A stretch of 64,000 bases of DNA from Bugula neritina. Lineage: Eukaryota > Animalia > Bryozoa. The position numbers were made by a program, and so were the translations under genes. Below, piece after piece: positions 16,061 through 27,700 of this stretch. Position 1 is the first letter of the stretch. Every line of letters starts with the position of its first letter. The notes under the pieces were generated by a model. It was not told where the DNA came from. It saw only the letters and a list, made by a program, of their open reading frames with translations, and did no database searches. The stretch is from the NCBI GenBank assembly GCA_964035545.1, contig OZ037766.1, positions 3,834,722 to 3,898,721 of the forward strand, read 5' to 3'.

Positions 16061-16648
16061 AATCTCCATGATCAGCCTGTGTGTTTCTGCTTTACTATAG
16101 CATTATTATTGAGTGTGTTTACCCCCCCCCCCTCCCTGTCATTTAGTGTGGTGTTCACTCAATGCAGTCAGGTCATATCTTTTCTCTGCATTATTTTATG
16201 TTAATCATATTCTTATATGCAATAATATAATAGTATGTGACAAGGACAGTTTTCATAGAAATTTACAATTGTGTTAAAATCTTGATAAAAATTATGAGAT
16301 GTTTTTTCTATAAATAGTTAACACTTTTTATAATATAATACAACCACCTGCTACTCATACATCTTAATAAAAATATTTTAATTCAAGTTTTAAAATAATA
16401 TAATATTGTTATTAGATAAGCATACCATGTGAGTAAACCTCGACGTCTAGCTCAGCCTAAAGTTTACACTGGTTTATGATTGCTAATTGATGGAGTTTTT
16501 TGTCTGATGAATTTATTTAAATTATTTTTACGTACCAAAAAGTGCATTTCATGTGTAGTTTGTGATGTGTGACATTCACTTTCCTATTATAATGATATGG
16601 TGCTATAGAGATGAGATGTAAACCTTTTACACGAAAGTTGATTACTAA

Positions 16649-17105
16649 GTGTAAGACCACACGACACATTTTACATGAGCGTGACGTGCGAGAAATGACG
16701 TCTAGCCTAGCTAAAAATTGTATGTCATGAGCGGGATTTTCATGTGTCTAGCATGCTGAGCGAGAAGAGCGGCAAGCTAGTGCTTGTTTGATCTAATTGG
16801 CTTATTATCATTTAGCGAGAACATTTTTTTTATTTCAATTCACGTTTTAGCTTTTAGCGAACTGAATTACAACAGTTTCATATAATTTGCATTTTCCGCT
16901 TTTATAATATCTAATCTAATCGAGTCACTTTGCCGATGACGTAATTTTAAAAACAAACGTCTGTAGGCAAGCAGCAAAGTTTAACGCTAACATCATTGGC
17001 TAATAAATTTTTGCACTCGCAACACACGCACTGTGTGTGGCAGGTCACTAGCGTGTATTCTCGCACGTCACGAACGTGTAAAAAACGGGTCGTGTGACCC
17101 TGCAC
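16649..17105. mobile_element. MITE (PIF/Harbinger-like) with imperfect ~45-bp TIRs
   Basis: CACACGAC..CGTGACGTGCGAGAA versus TTCTCGCACGTCACG..GTCGTGTG; TAA/TTA flanks; absent from paralogous units. Confidence 0.55.
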
Positions 17106-17611
17106 TTAGTATTCACTTACCCAGGCACTGAATAAAACATACCAAACTAATGTGCAAACAGGTGCAGCCCCAATGAAAAATTTGCTGGTTATAACTCAGC
17201 CATGTGCTGAATGATAGCAAGTAAGGGAGGCGCTTACAACCAAACCACACATGAAGGAACAATGCTGAAAGAGCTGAGAATTCTTATGATTTGTGGCTGA
17301 AGCCACCTTATCCATGCTGTAAGGTGTATTAGGTCTAAGAAGAGAGAAATTGTATTGTATAACTGCCCATACATCCAGAAAATAAATTAGTTTATAGTAC
17401 AATATAATATTTAGTTTATGAACACCATAAAACTGCAGTTTGATGAGAATGTTAATAAATTTCAGTGAGTGAGTGTGCAAAGGCATAAATATGGTAACAT
17501 TTTATTGAAAAAGCAAGTGATTTTGTAAACAAGTAAAGGAAAGCAAATAAATTATAATGTTTTGTAATGACAGAACATTTAGTACCACAGCGTGTAAACA
17601 TTATAAATACA

Positions 17612-17860
17612 ATCACCCAGCCATACTATTGTGAGATTTCAAACATTCTTTATTACTCTTCCCCCTCTCGCCATATTGAAGGAAAGATTTTCACACAAGG
17701 CTGTTTTTCAGAAAGAGTTGTTGGCACATATCCACAGTTATAATTATCTGCCCATGATATTGGTTTGCTGGTATGTTGTGGTTGGCAAGTGTTTGATTCA
17801 CGTTGGGGCATATTTTTGCTGATGTTTCGACATTTAAACTCCCAAAATATTCAACTTGCA
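17612..17860 (-). pseudogene. Second relic of the sulfotransferase last exon
   Basis: Homologous to 42808-43050; homology breaks near the Academ-type insertion at 18178. Confidence 0.7.
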
Positions 17861-18609
17861 AACAACACCAATTTATTATAACAGAAAAAGTTTAAAAATT
17901 GAATCGGTATGTTTATTTTTCAAATTACTAAATCAATGCATCGAATAAAAAATTTTAAATTATAAAGTGTCTTGTAAGATTTTCTATCAATTTCCAAAGT
18001 GTTTAAAAAACAATTTTCCATTGCTTCTTCAAAAAAAAGTTTAAACTTTTAATTAGTCTTTCAATAACTACACATACATGAGTATCAAGATTTAAAATAA
18101 TTAACAGTTTCACTGTTTTCTCAATACAGCAATCATAATAATTGTTTGTAATACATAGAGTTTACTAGAAAGCTATATAGTCTAGGAGTAACCTCCAATT
18201 ATCTTTCACTCATTACACTCCGACAGGTAGCCACGCAATTTTTTTAGAAATGGAAAGTTTGAAGGGTCCTAATTAATCTGTGAAAACTCTAGACTGTTCT
18301 GTGCACCCAGTTAGCCACAAGAGCGCTTCAAACTTTTAAATTAATCAGGAGTTGTTTTCTCTTAACATTTTTGTGAATCGGCTAAATATCTTGGAATTAT
18401 TCAAGCTAATTGATTTTATATAAGCAAAATAATTTTGCTGATAATTATAGATACCCTTTTCAATTTTCTGTTATAAAAACTCTAAATTTTTCTGTCCACC
18501 CAGTTAGTCACAAAAACTCTTTAAAATTTTACAGGAGTTGCTTCCCCACAACTTTGTCCAAATCCATTAAATATTATCTTGAAATTATTGAAGCTAGTTT
18601 ATTATATAT

Positions 18610-19778
18610 CAGGGTTGGGGTCAATTACATGTGAATGTAATTAATTACAATTACAATTACATGAAGATTTGTCAATTACAATTACAATTATAATTACAGT
18701 TAAAAATAAATGTAATTAATTACAATTACAATTACATGGCAATGTAATTAATTACAATTACAATTACTTTTGTTCTCACAAGAAATAAATAGAAGTCACT
18801 TCTAGGGTCTAACTACCAGGGGCAGTTTTGACAGTGGTGAACCTCTTTTATTTTCTACAGTGATACTATAGGGTCATTCCATACCAAATCAACCAACTTT
18901 CAAGGGGTCCCACGTCTTTGTGTTTCAGATTTTGCTCATATTTACACTGAATGGACCTACACATGTTGAGATTATCATTCGTGAATATTTCTGGCCTGAC
19001 ACAAAAACATTTTGAGAAATTACTACTTTGGTAAACAAAGGTTGGAAAATATTTTGAGGAAAATTTGTGATTTATACTTTTAGACCAATTTATAAGTAAT
19101 TTAAAATTTGATTAGGCGAGTATTTGAAATTTTTCAAAATTTACAAAGTTTTGTTCATATTCAATGATTTTGCATATATGCACACAAAGTATTCTGTAGT
19201 ATGTATTGCTACTAGTGCAAATTGATAGATATTTTCAAATCACACAGCAAATTTTAAGGCTCAGTCTAGAAAAATGATTGAGATATAGACGTTTATAGAT
19301 TAGTCTAAAAGTAGAAATCACAAATTTTCCTCAAAATGTTTCTCAACCTTTGTCTACAAAAGTAGTCAGTTCTCAAAAAAAATTTGTGTCAGGTCAAAAA
19401 TACTGAAGAAGAGTACTTGAGGCATGTGTAGGTCTATTTGGTGTAAACATGAACAAAATCTGAGACGCAAATAGACGCGGGCAATTGGGTGAGTTAGCAT
19501 GGAATGACCCTATGCTATATTGACCTAACTATCTGAACTTGTTATTTAACAGTAGGCATTGTAGAAAAAGAAGGAGTTTTTAAGATTTAAAAGTTTGAAG
19601 TAATTGACATGTAATTATAAAGTAATTGTAAAAATCAATTACATTAGATATGTAATTAATTACAATTACAATTACAATTACATTTTTAAACCTCAATTAC
19701 AAATTACATTCAATTACTTGAAAAAATGTAATTAATTACAGCCAATTACAATTACAAATTACAATTACCCCAACCCTG
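18610..19778. mobile_element. hAT-like MITE nested in the Academ-type element
   Basis: CAGGGTTGGGGT ... ACCCCAACCCTG termini; 8-bp TSD TTATATAT; many AATTAC/GTAATT subterminal repeats. Confidence 0.85.
18871..19510. mobile_element. Non-autonomous TIR element nested in the hAT-like MITE
   Basis: GGGTCATTCCAT ... ATGGAATGACCC termini flanked by TA; imperfect inverted similarity extends about 200 bp. Confidence 0.75.
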
Positions 19779-22700
19779 TTATATATACAAGCAAAAACTT
19801 TTGCAGATAATCATAGATGTGCTTTTCACTTCTCTGGGTTTAATTCTAGTGATTTTCTTGTGAAAGTGGACGAAAACAAGCAAAGGAATGAGTTTTTTAG
19901 TTATAAGGCAAACATTATTATTGATCAGCTATAAAAAAGCCGATTTATAAGTAAATCTGTGTCTGATAACGATTTTCTTCACGATTTTTATTATAATAAC
20001 TACTTTTACAAAAAAGTAATGAGAAGCAGGTTGATCTAGACTCCGGAAGATAATATTTTAAATGTGTACAATTGAGCTTTGCCAATAAATATATATAAAA
20101 AAGCAATTTGGTTTTTAAAACAATATTATTGGTTAAAATGCATATTTTTATACTATCTTGATATAATGACTCTAGAGTCAATTTAGCTCAGTTAAAGTTA
20201 CAGAAGAAATACCCTAAAGCTTCCATATAATTTAAAATATATATGGTTATATTTAGGCCACCCATTAGAAAAATGGTCTTGGGCTGCCTTATTCAAAGAT
20301 CATAGGCATGTACTTTTTTCATGTGTGCCATTTGTCACAAAAATAATAATTTCTTATCAGCAAATATAAAACAAGCTGAGTTTGAGACTGGCGCATTTTT
20401 GTGTAAAATATGGAGTAAAAATATTTTAGAGAACAATATTGTTATTATAGTTGTTGCATACCAAAAACAATTGCGTTCAGCTACAATCTTTCAAACATGG
20501 TGGAATTCATAAGAAAGCAGAACTCAAAATATGCTTACAATCAGATCAGGTACACAAACTTTTTTACATGCAAAGTATCTTATGAACATCATAATCCCGA
20601 GTGTAATAATCAAATCTCAAGACACTGATGTTTTCATCCGAAGCCTCGCTATTTGCAAAACATTACCTTCTTACCAATTATTTTTTTTCACTGGTGTGGT
20701 AATCATGGTGTCATGCCAGATAGAGGCTAGACTAAATTTCCTACTTTTAGACGCTAGTTATTTATTTTGGTAAAATGTATTTTCATGTGCAACTTATTTT
20801 AATATTATTTAAATATATGTATATTTAAATAAACTTAGATCAATTGCTTGTTATTTAGCACATAAATAAATTCCTTTGATTTGCATTAACTTATTAATCT
20901 TGTATATTTTATACATCTTGCCTGTTGTTCGAAAAGATGTTTTGTTAATAAGTATTCATTAAAGATAGTGTCTATTATTAATGTATTACTACTTTTTGTC
21001 CCACACAAAGTTGTAAAAATAATAGAATGTTATTCAAAGATAATTCATGTTAGCTACTAGAGCTATTAACATATTAGCTATTTAGCAACCAATTCAACAG
21101 TTATATAGGTAATATTAATATATATATGGTAACAAAATAAAAACAGCATCTATCTTGGAGAAAACCATAATCATATTAGGTATTTGGAAGTAAACATTGC
21201 AGCAAATAAATCCGGACTGCAGTTGTGTGCAGCACTTACTAGATTTTGTGCTTTAACAGGTTGTTATTCGACTATAGTGCTTTTTATGGAAGAGGATATA
21301 GCGCATAGCCTACTCTCTTTTGAGAAAATATCTATAATATATGGGAAGTTTTGAACACCTTGGGAAGTATTTTAAGCTGTAAGCCATTACAGCGGCTGAA
21401 GTAGAACAATTTGTCTATAAACTTTATGGAGCAGGAAATTCAAATATAGATAATGTCTGATACACTGTATTTTGTTCACCATCTAAAATAACTTAAAACA
21501 GTTTTCCTCCAACAAAAGATGACTTAAATTTGCATGTAAAAAGAGCAAACTATCAGGCAGCCATTTGGAGAAGGATGACAACAGCCTATATTGATGCACC
21601 ACCCCCAGAACATCACGAAAAGATTGTTGAGAATCATGACAGCATAAATATAAAGTGGATAACTCAAGCTTCCGCACATAAACATGTATATTGCAAAGTT
21701 TAAACTGCTCCTGTAAGACCGGCTGCAACATATCAAGATGTGGATGTCAGAAGTCTCAAATTCAGTGCATGCACTGATGTTTGTCAATGTAAGGATTGTC
21801 TGAAAAGAAGCTCTATATTGGGGAAGAAGCTGATGAGACTGACGGCAGTGACAATGATGGTGAGAATACTTTTTCATAATTAAGCACTATTTTTAGACAT
21901 TTGTTATATATTTTGCTGCAACCAATTTGATTTTGATCATCTCTCATGCTTCTGTTTCTCTAAATAATTTTACAGAACCTTGTTGATTTTTGAAGACATT
22001 TAACGGCTATATATACTGACAGACTAGCAAATGATTCACTTGGGCTGTGCTCAAAAGATTGCAATATTTATTTATTTCAACATTTATTTTGTGCTATAAT
22101 TTTATAAATATAGTTTTTTCACACATCAGCACGACTTTGTTTTTATTTTTGTATAAATAGCTTGGTCATACTTATGCTGCATGCTTATGCCGCGTGCAAT
22201 AAATCGATTCATAACAAACATATATGTTTATATAAACAACTTGGTTTTAATAGTCTTTAAATTCAGTGTCAGCATTGAATTTTAAGTATAAGAGACAATT
22301 ATTTTTGATGTTTCAGCATATATTTTTTCTTCAAGATAGCTTGATAAAATTGGATACTATTTTGCAGTATCCACATTTCTTTTTATCACCCATCCAAAAT
22401 GTCGATTTGTTTTTTGTAATAACTTGAGTTTGGGTAGAGATAAAATTCTAGAGTTTGTAGATTCAGAATCAGCACAAAACTTTGATCTAGAAACAACTTT
22501 TTTTAAGTGGCCACCTAGTAAAGTGTAATAAGCCAATTTTTGAGCACTTTTTGGGAGGTTACTGCTAGACTAATAGTGTTTCATTGGCTGTACAACAGTT
22601 CAGCCCTAACCAAGAACAATACATATAGTTAGTGTTAAAGAAAGTAACTCAGCCATTTTATATAGGCACGGAAAGAGGTGTAAGTCAAAGGCTGGCACAA

Positions 22701-23281
22701 TCTACCTTGTAATTTGTAAGTTTAGTTAACCTTTCAAACAAACAGAATCTTAATGCACAGAGTGTTCAAGTTAGGCTTAGCTTTTACCATATAAGCCTGT
22801 CAGGTATGGTAAAACTATATCTGGGTTTATTGCTAGGCATTTTCATTGCTTCATGTTATAATATGCTGAATGAGTAGAAGCGGCAAAACATTGTGTTTAA
22901 AATCAAAATTATAGTTACAGTGATTAATAGCAAAACTATAACTCATAATTTTTATGTCAACCTTTAAGCGCAAATTCTCTCTCAACTGAAGTTTAAGAGC
23001 TTGTATATGCTTATAGTAATAAGGAGTGTCTTTCCGTGAAAGCAATGATGTTTTACTTTTTTGTGTGCGTTTGTTTAAAGTATTTTGCCTAATCTTGATA
23101 AACATTTTGAGTGACAGTTGGAGTCTTAAAAAGTTTCAAAAAAAGCAAGTTTCCTGCCTACTATATGAAACAATTAACCTATTATTCATCACCATCAATT
23201 ACCTAAGTAGAGGTTAAAGGCTTTTTAGACATTTTAATACATTAAAAATAATAGAACTATAAGGTGTGTGATATGTGATGT

Positions 23282-23677
23282 GTATATGATGATATTATAT
23301 ACAGTATATGATAATATCATATTATACAGTATATGATGATATTATATACAGTATATGATGATATTATATACAGTATATGATAATATTATATACGGTATAT
23401 GATAATATTATATACAGTATATGATAATATTATATACAGCATATGATGATATTATATACAGTATATGATAATAATATATACAGTATATGATAATATTATA
23501 TACAGTATATGATAATATTATATACAGTATATGATGATATTATATATACAGTATATGATAATATTATATACAGTATATGATAATAATATATACAGTATAT
23601 TATAATATTATATACAGTATATGATAATATTATATACAGTATATGATGATATTATATACAGTATATGATAATATTAT
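23282..23677 (+). repeat. 22-bp minisatellite CAGTATATGAT(G/A)ATATTATATA
   Basis: Direct observation, no unique spacers. Confidence 0.93.
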
Positions 23678-24750
23678 AATAATACATAACAGTAAAACAC
23701 AATAATAATACCTCTGGCCTCCTTAGTGGTTAAACTATTATTATATTTATATGGATTCTAGATCTTATAGCTATCATCCATAGACTGTTTTAGGGATGTT
23801 TGCTCAAACAATTTTATAATAAATTTTGCACCCTCGCTAATGAAGTTTTTTCGTCAGGCTTCGAAGTTCATATGTATTATGAAACTCACAATAATTATTG
23901 CTGATTTCTATTGCGTGCTATTCTTAGCTGCTGCAACACAGAGCTTAGTCACTGGGCTGGCTAGAAAGTTTAAACTTTGAGCACACCACCCCAAACAGCA
24001 CGTAGATGATAGACAAAACCCAACCGATGCCAGTTAAATCAAAATGTCTAAAGTCTTGCAACTTAAATCACAGAGTAGTGCTGGTGTTCATTATAGTTGG
24101 CTTTGTTGGTTGATATCTTTTAGTTTTTTAGACTTATTATATTTAGAAATCTTGCTTTATTATTGATCCTTAACGCTACACTGAATTACATAAATAAATT
24201 ACATCAGGCGCATAATATAGAATTTTAGGACTGGTTTCCTTACAAAAACTACGCATACAATATCTTAGCCTTAGGCCTCTGGCTTTATGTTATGCGGAGT
24301 AGATAGCTGCATAGCCTCTTCCGTGAGTAACAACTTGATAGTCTACAAAAACACTTATATCTGCTCCATTTACACTTTTACTCTACATTTTTACAGCGAA
24401 GTCAAAGGTGTAATAAGTTAGGATTAAATTCATTTACGCTTGATTTGTGTTCCTTTAATACGATGGGTTGGGTGAAAATATCTTTCATCATGACAAAACA
24501 AAAGGATAAATGAACTATAAAATGTAAAGTGGTGGAACTACACTGAACTAGTTCAACTTGTGTATATTTGCTATTACTCAATTTTTAAATAAAAACAAGG
24601 CTGATGAATATTTAGTTTCTAGCAATGAAATTTATATGTGTAAAACGTGACAAAGGCTTGAACGGCATTGTGGGAAGTCGTTGGGCAAGCAAAAGATCTT
24701 GCTATAACATTTCACTTTACTGCAGGTGGCCCAAATATCAGAAGAGAACA

Positions 24751-27700
24751 ATGGAGGAAAGTACATTCATTAGCATAATTGTGGCAGTAGTGATGGTCAA
24801 AGCCATTATATCAATAGCGATATATAGGTATAGATACATCTCAAAACAGGTGAGAGTGGAAACATGGCGTTGAGTTCTGTAGTGTTAAGGTTACCCAGTA
24901 GCTCCTGTGGTGTAATATTGCTTAGCACGGCCGGTTTCCAATCTGAAGACTGCAGGTTTGAATCCCAGTGGGTGCAAAAGTTTTACAAGTTCACCTATAG
25001 CAAATATACAGTAATATCAACCATATAATATATGGAAAACTTTTTTAAATAGCAAAAGAAATCCGTCAGTTTAAAGAAATGTTCAATCATTTGTTCTCGC
25101 AATGTTGGTTGAGTAATATCTGCTAGTACATGCTGTATGGGCTACTAAAACTGGCCTTGCTTCTTACTTACTGCATCGCAATCTGATTCTAAAAATTCTG
25201 TGAAATATTGTAGATAAGACTTCCTCCATGCAGAGAGCATACACTATGAGTAAATTATAGTTTGGTATACTCTTAAGCTATGCTAGAACTTGATTATTAG
25301 TTTGTATGCGTTTTATTAAAATGTTAGGGCTATGTATTTCTAGTGTCAAACAAGCCTCACACTGGGGCTAGTCAGAATTCACCAGGTGTAAAATTTATTT
25401 CGTTCAATATTGTGATTAAATTAGTGTTTTGTTGCATTGTTCACTGCTTTACATTAAATATTGTAAGACTTTCTAATGCTTGTTTGTAGTTACACAGAAG
25501 CCTCGATTATCATAAATTTTTCTATTTTGTATATTCTTGCATTTTTTTTTCTTTTCATAAATTTTGCCCTTGAAATTGCCTAAAAATATGTTATATCATA
25601 TTAGCATTCATGGCATACTTTTGTGTTAAAGATGTTAATAGTAATTCATTTCTCATATAAGCACGCCAACTCCTAGATAGCACTGCAGTTATATCTAGGA
25701 GTTGAGCTGCTAACATGTTAGTAGTAAGGTAGTTGGTGCACATGGATGAACAAATTGTAAAAAAATTACAGGGTCTATAATCATCATATCAATTGGGTAA
25801 ACAACTCCAAAATTACAGTTATCCCGTAATCGTGCTTAGTAATATATACCTATCTATGTTACTCAACAGCAAAATCATCTTTTTAGCTGTAGCATATCAG
25901 TAAGTAATATTTTGTTGACTACAGCATGAATTTCGGAGAGTAGTAGTAGGTGGATGGTCCTAGGACAACCCTTCCCCCGTCGAGTCTTCGACTCTCCGGT
26001 GTCAGGGATTGTCCTAGGACGCATCCACCTACTACTACTCTATTAGTTTTTTTCGTTAAGTTTTAGAAATTGTACGTTTTAGGACAGTTTATTATTTTAT
26101 TGTCCCAGAATTGTATGTTTTAGGACAGTTTATTATTTTATTAAGTTTACTATTTTATTACTATTAATTTAGAATAAAAAAATATTTTATAGAGTTTTGT
26201 TTTAAAATTGTACGTTTTTAGGACAAACATTAACTTTTATTTCAGAATGCATTCACTCGTTACTATTAGTAAGATAATAAATTATTATACGCTGAGAATA
26301 TAATAATTTAGTGTTTAAACGTTATAACTTGGAAATGTGGGTTGAGATTCTGTAGATTCTATTATATCACCATCGCTCGTTGATATAATTAATTTATTAC
26401 CAACTGCTCCTTGTAATTTAGGAATAGCGTAATTATTTATATTATTTATTGTAATAAGATCTGAAATATTTATACCCGTTTCTACAATATTACCATCACT
26501 CGAAAGCATTAATAATTTACCTCCGATTATTGGTTGTATTTTATTCATAGCGAAATTATTTATATTACTAGTCGTAATAATATCGCTAATGCTTAAACTA
26601 CTATCCGCAACATTACCCGAAGTAGTCGAAACGGTTAATTTTTCATTCGCTGGTTGTATTTTATTTATAGCGAAATTATTTATATTACTAGTCGTAATAA
26701 CATCGCTAACGCTTAAATTACTATCTATAATATTACCCGTATTAGTTGATACGGTTAATTTTTCACTCGGGTCTCGTATAAGAGGTACGGCGTAATTAGA
26801 TACATTAGTTTTCGTAACGACATCATCAACTTTTAAATCACTATCTATAACGCGTCCATCGTCGGTTGATATAGTTAATTGATTAATAGGATGTAATATT
26901 TTAGGCATACTCGTATCGTCAACGTATTTTTTTGTGGCTACGTCTTGATCGTCAACCGGATTAATAACTCTAGATATTTTATTTTCACCCATATCTAACG
27001 TACCCGTAAGAGTACTACTACCGTTTATTAAAACGAATTTTTTTGTATCTATTTTTGTTTTTTCGCTTCCTCCGAATTTATAAACACTCATTTATAATTG
27101 TAGTAAAGTTTTAACGACACTAATTCAAACGGTAAAGCTATAGGCGCGTTGTCATTAACCGTAATGTCATTGGGTTTACGACTAATATAATCGTTTGAGC
27201 AGTGTAATACTAATCCAATATTTTTATCGCTCTCAATATATTCCAACATAGGTATTTTTACGCGCGCAACGCCTCCTTGAATTATATATTCTTTAGTATT
27301 GTGTTTGAGAGGGTTATTAACATTACCGATGATTAAAGTTAAATTTTTATCTTTCCAATATAAAGGATTATCATTATTAGCTGGAAGATGTTGAAATTCT
27401 AATAAAGCGTATTTTAGTTCTATTGGTTTATCCACTATATACCCCAATAATATTCCTATATTAATTGTTGTGCTAAAAGATTGTATAAAAACATTATTAT
27501 TTTTAGTTACGACTCTTTCGATATAATTTTCTTTTTTAGCTTTCGCTAATGATTTACCAAACTTATAAACACTCATTTATTACGGTATATAAAATTCGTC
27601 TAACCCGTGTCTATACCTCCCATTATTTTTTGAGGAAGAAAGATCTAAAGTAATAAAGCCGTGAGGTTTTTGCCATCCTTTATAACAAAAGTTTTTAAAT

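Larger units (their letters stand above)
18178..22572 (+). mobile_element. Decayed Academ-type (XPG-domain) DNA transposon
   Basis: 19-bp TIR TAGTCTAG(G/C)AGTAACCTCC; 3-bp TSD ATA. Broken coding remnants: VIIKSQDTDVF (~20600), ALTGC (~21250), PPTKDDLNLHVKRANYQAAIW (~21505-21570) and a Cys-rich tail (~21700-21800). Confidence 0.7.
25939..26516 (+). repeat. Left terminal inverted repeat (578 bp)
   Basis: Reverse complement of 40113-40690 with no indel (position p maps to 66629-p). Two substitutions were noticed by eye, both in the fibre-coding part. Confidence 0.95.

Noticed and set aside
23282-23677. Possible CRISPR-like array in the 22-bp repeat
   Set aside because: Head-to-tail minisatellite with no spacers.
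24901-24976. Functional tRNA-Gly(TCC) (and a tRNA at 14931-15003)
   Set aside because: Stems pair poorly and both continue into a shared downstream body; better explained as tRNA-derived SINE heads.
25937-25938. Element starting 2 bp earlier (AGAGTAGT), since the left palindrome extends by two bases
   Set aside because: The right end does not show the extension, and the TCGGAG duplication fixes the ends at 25939 and 40690.
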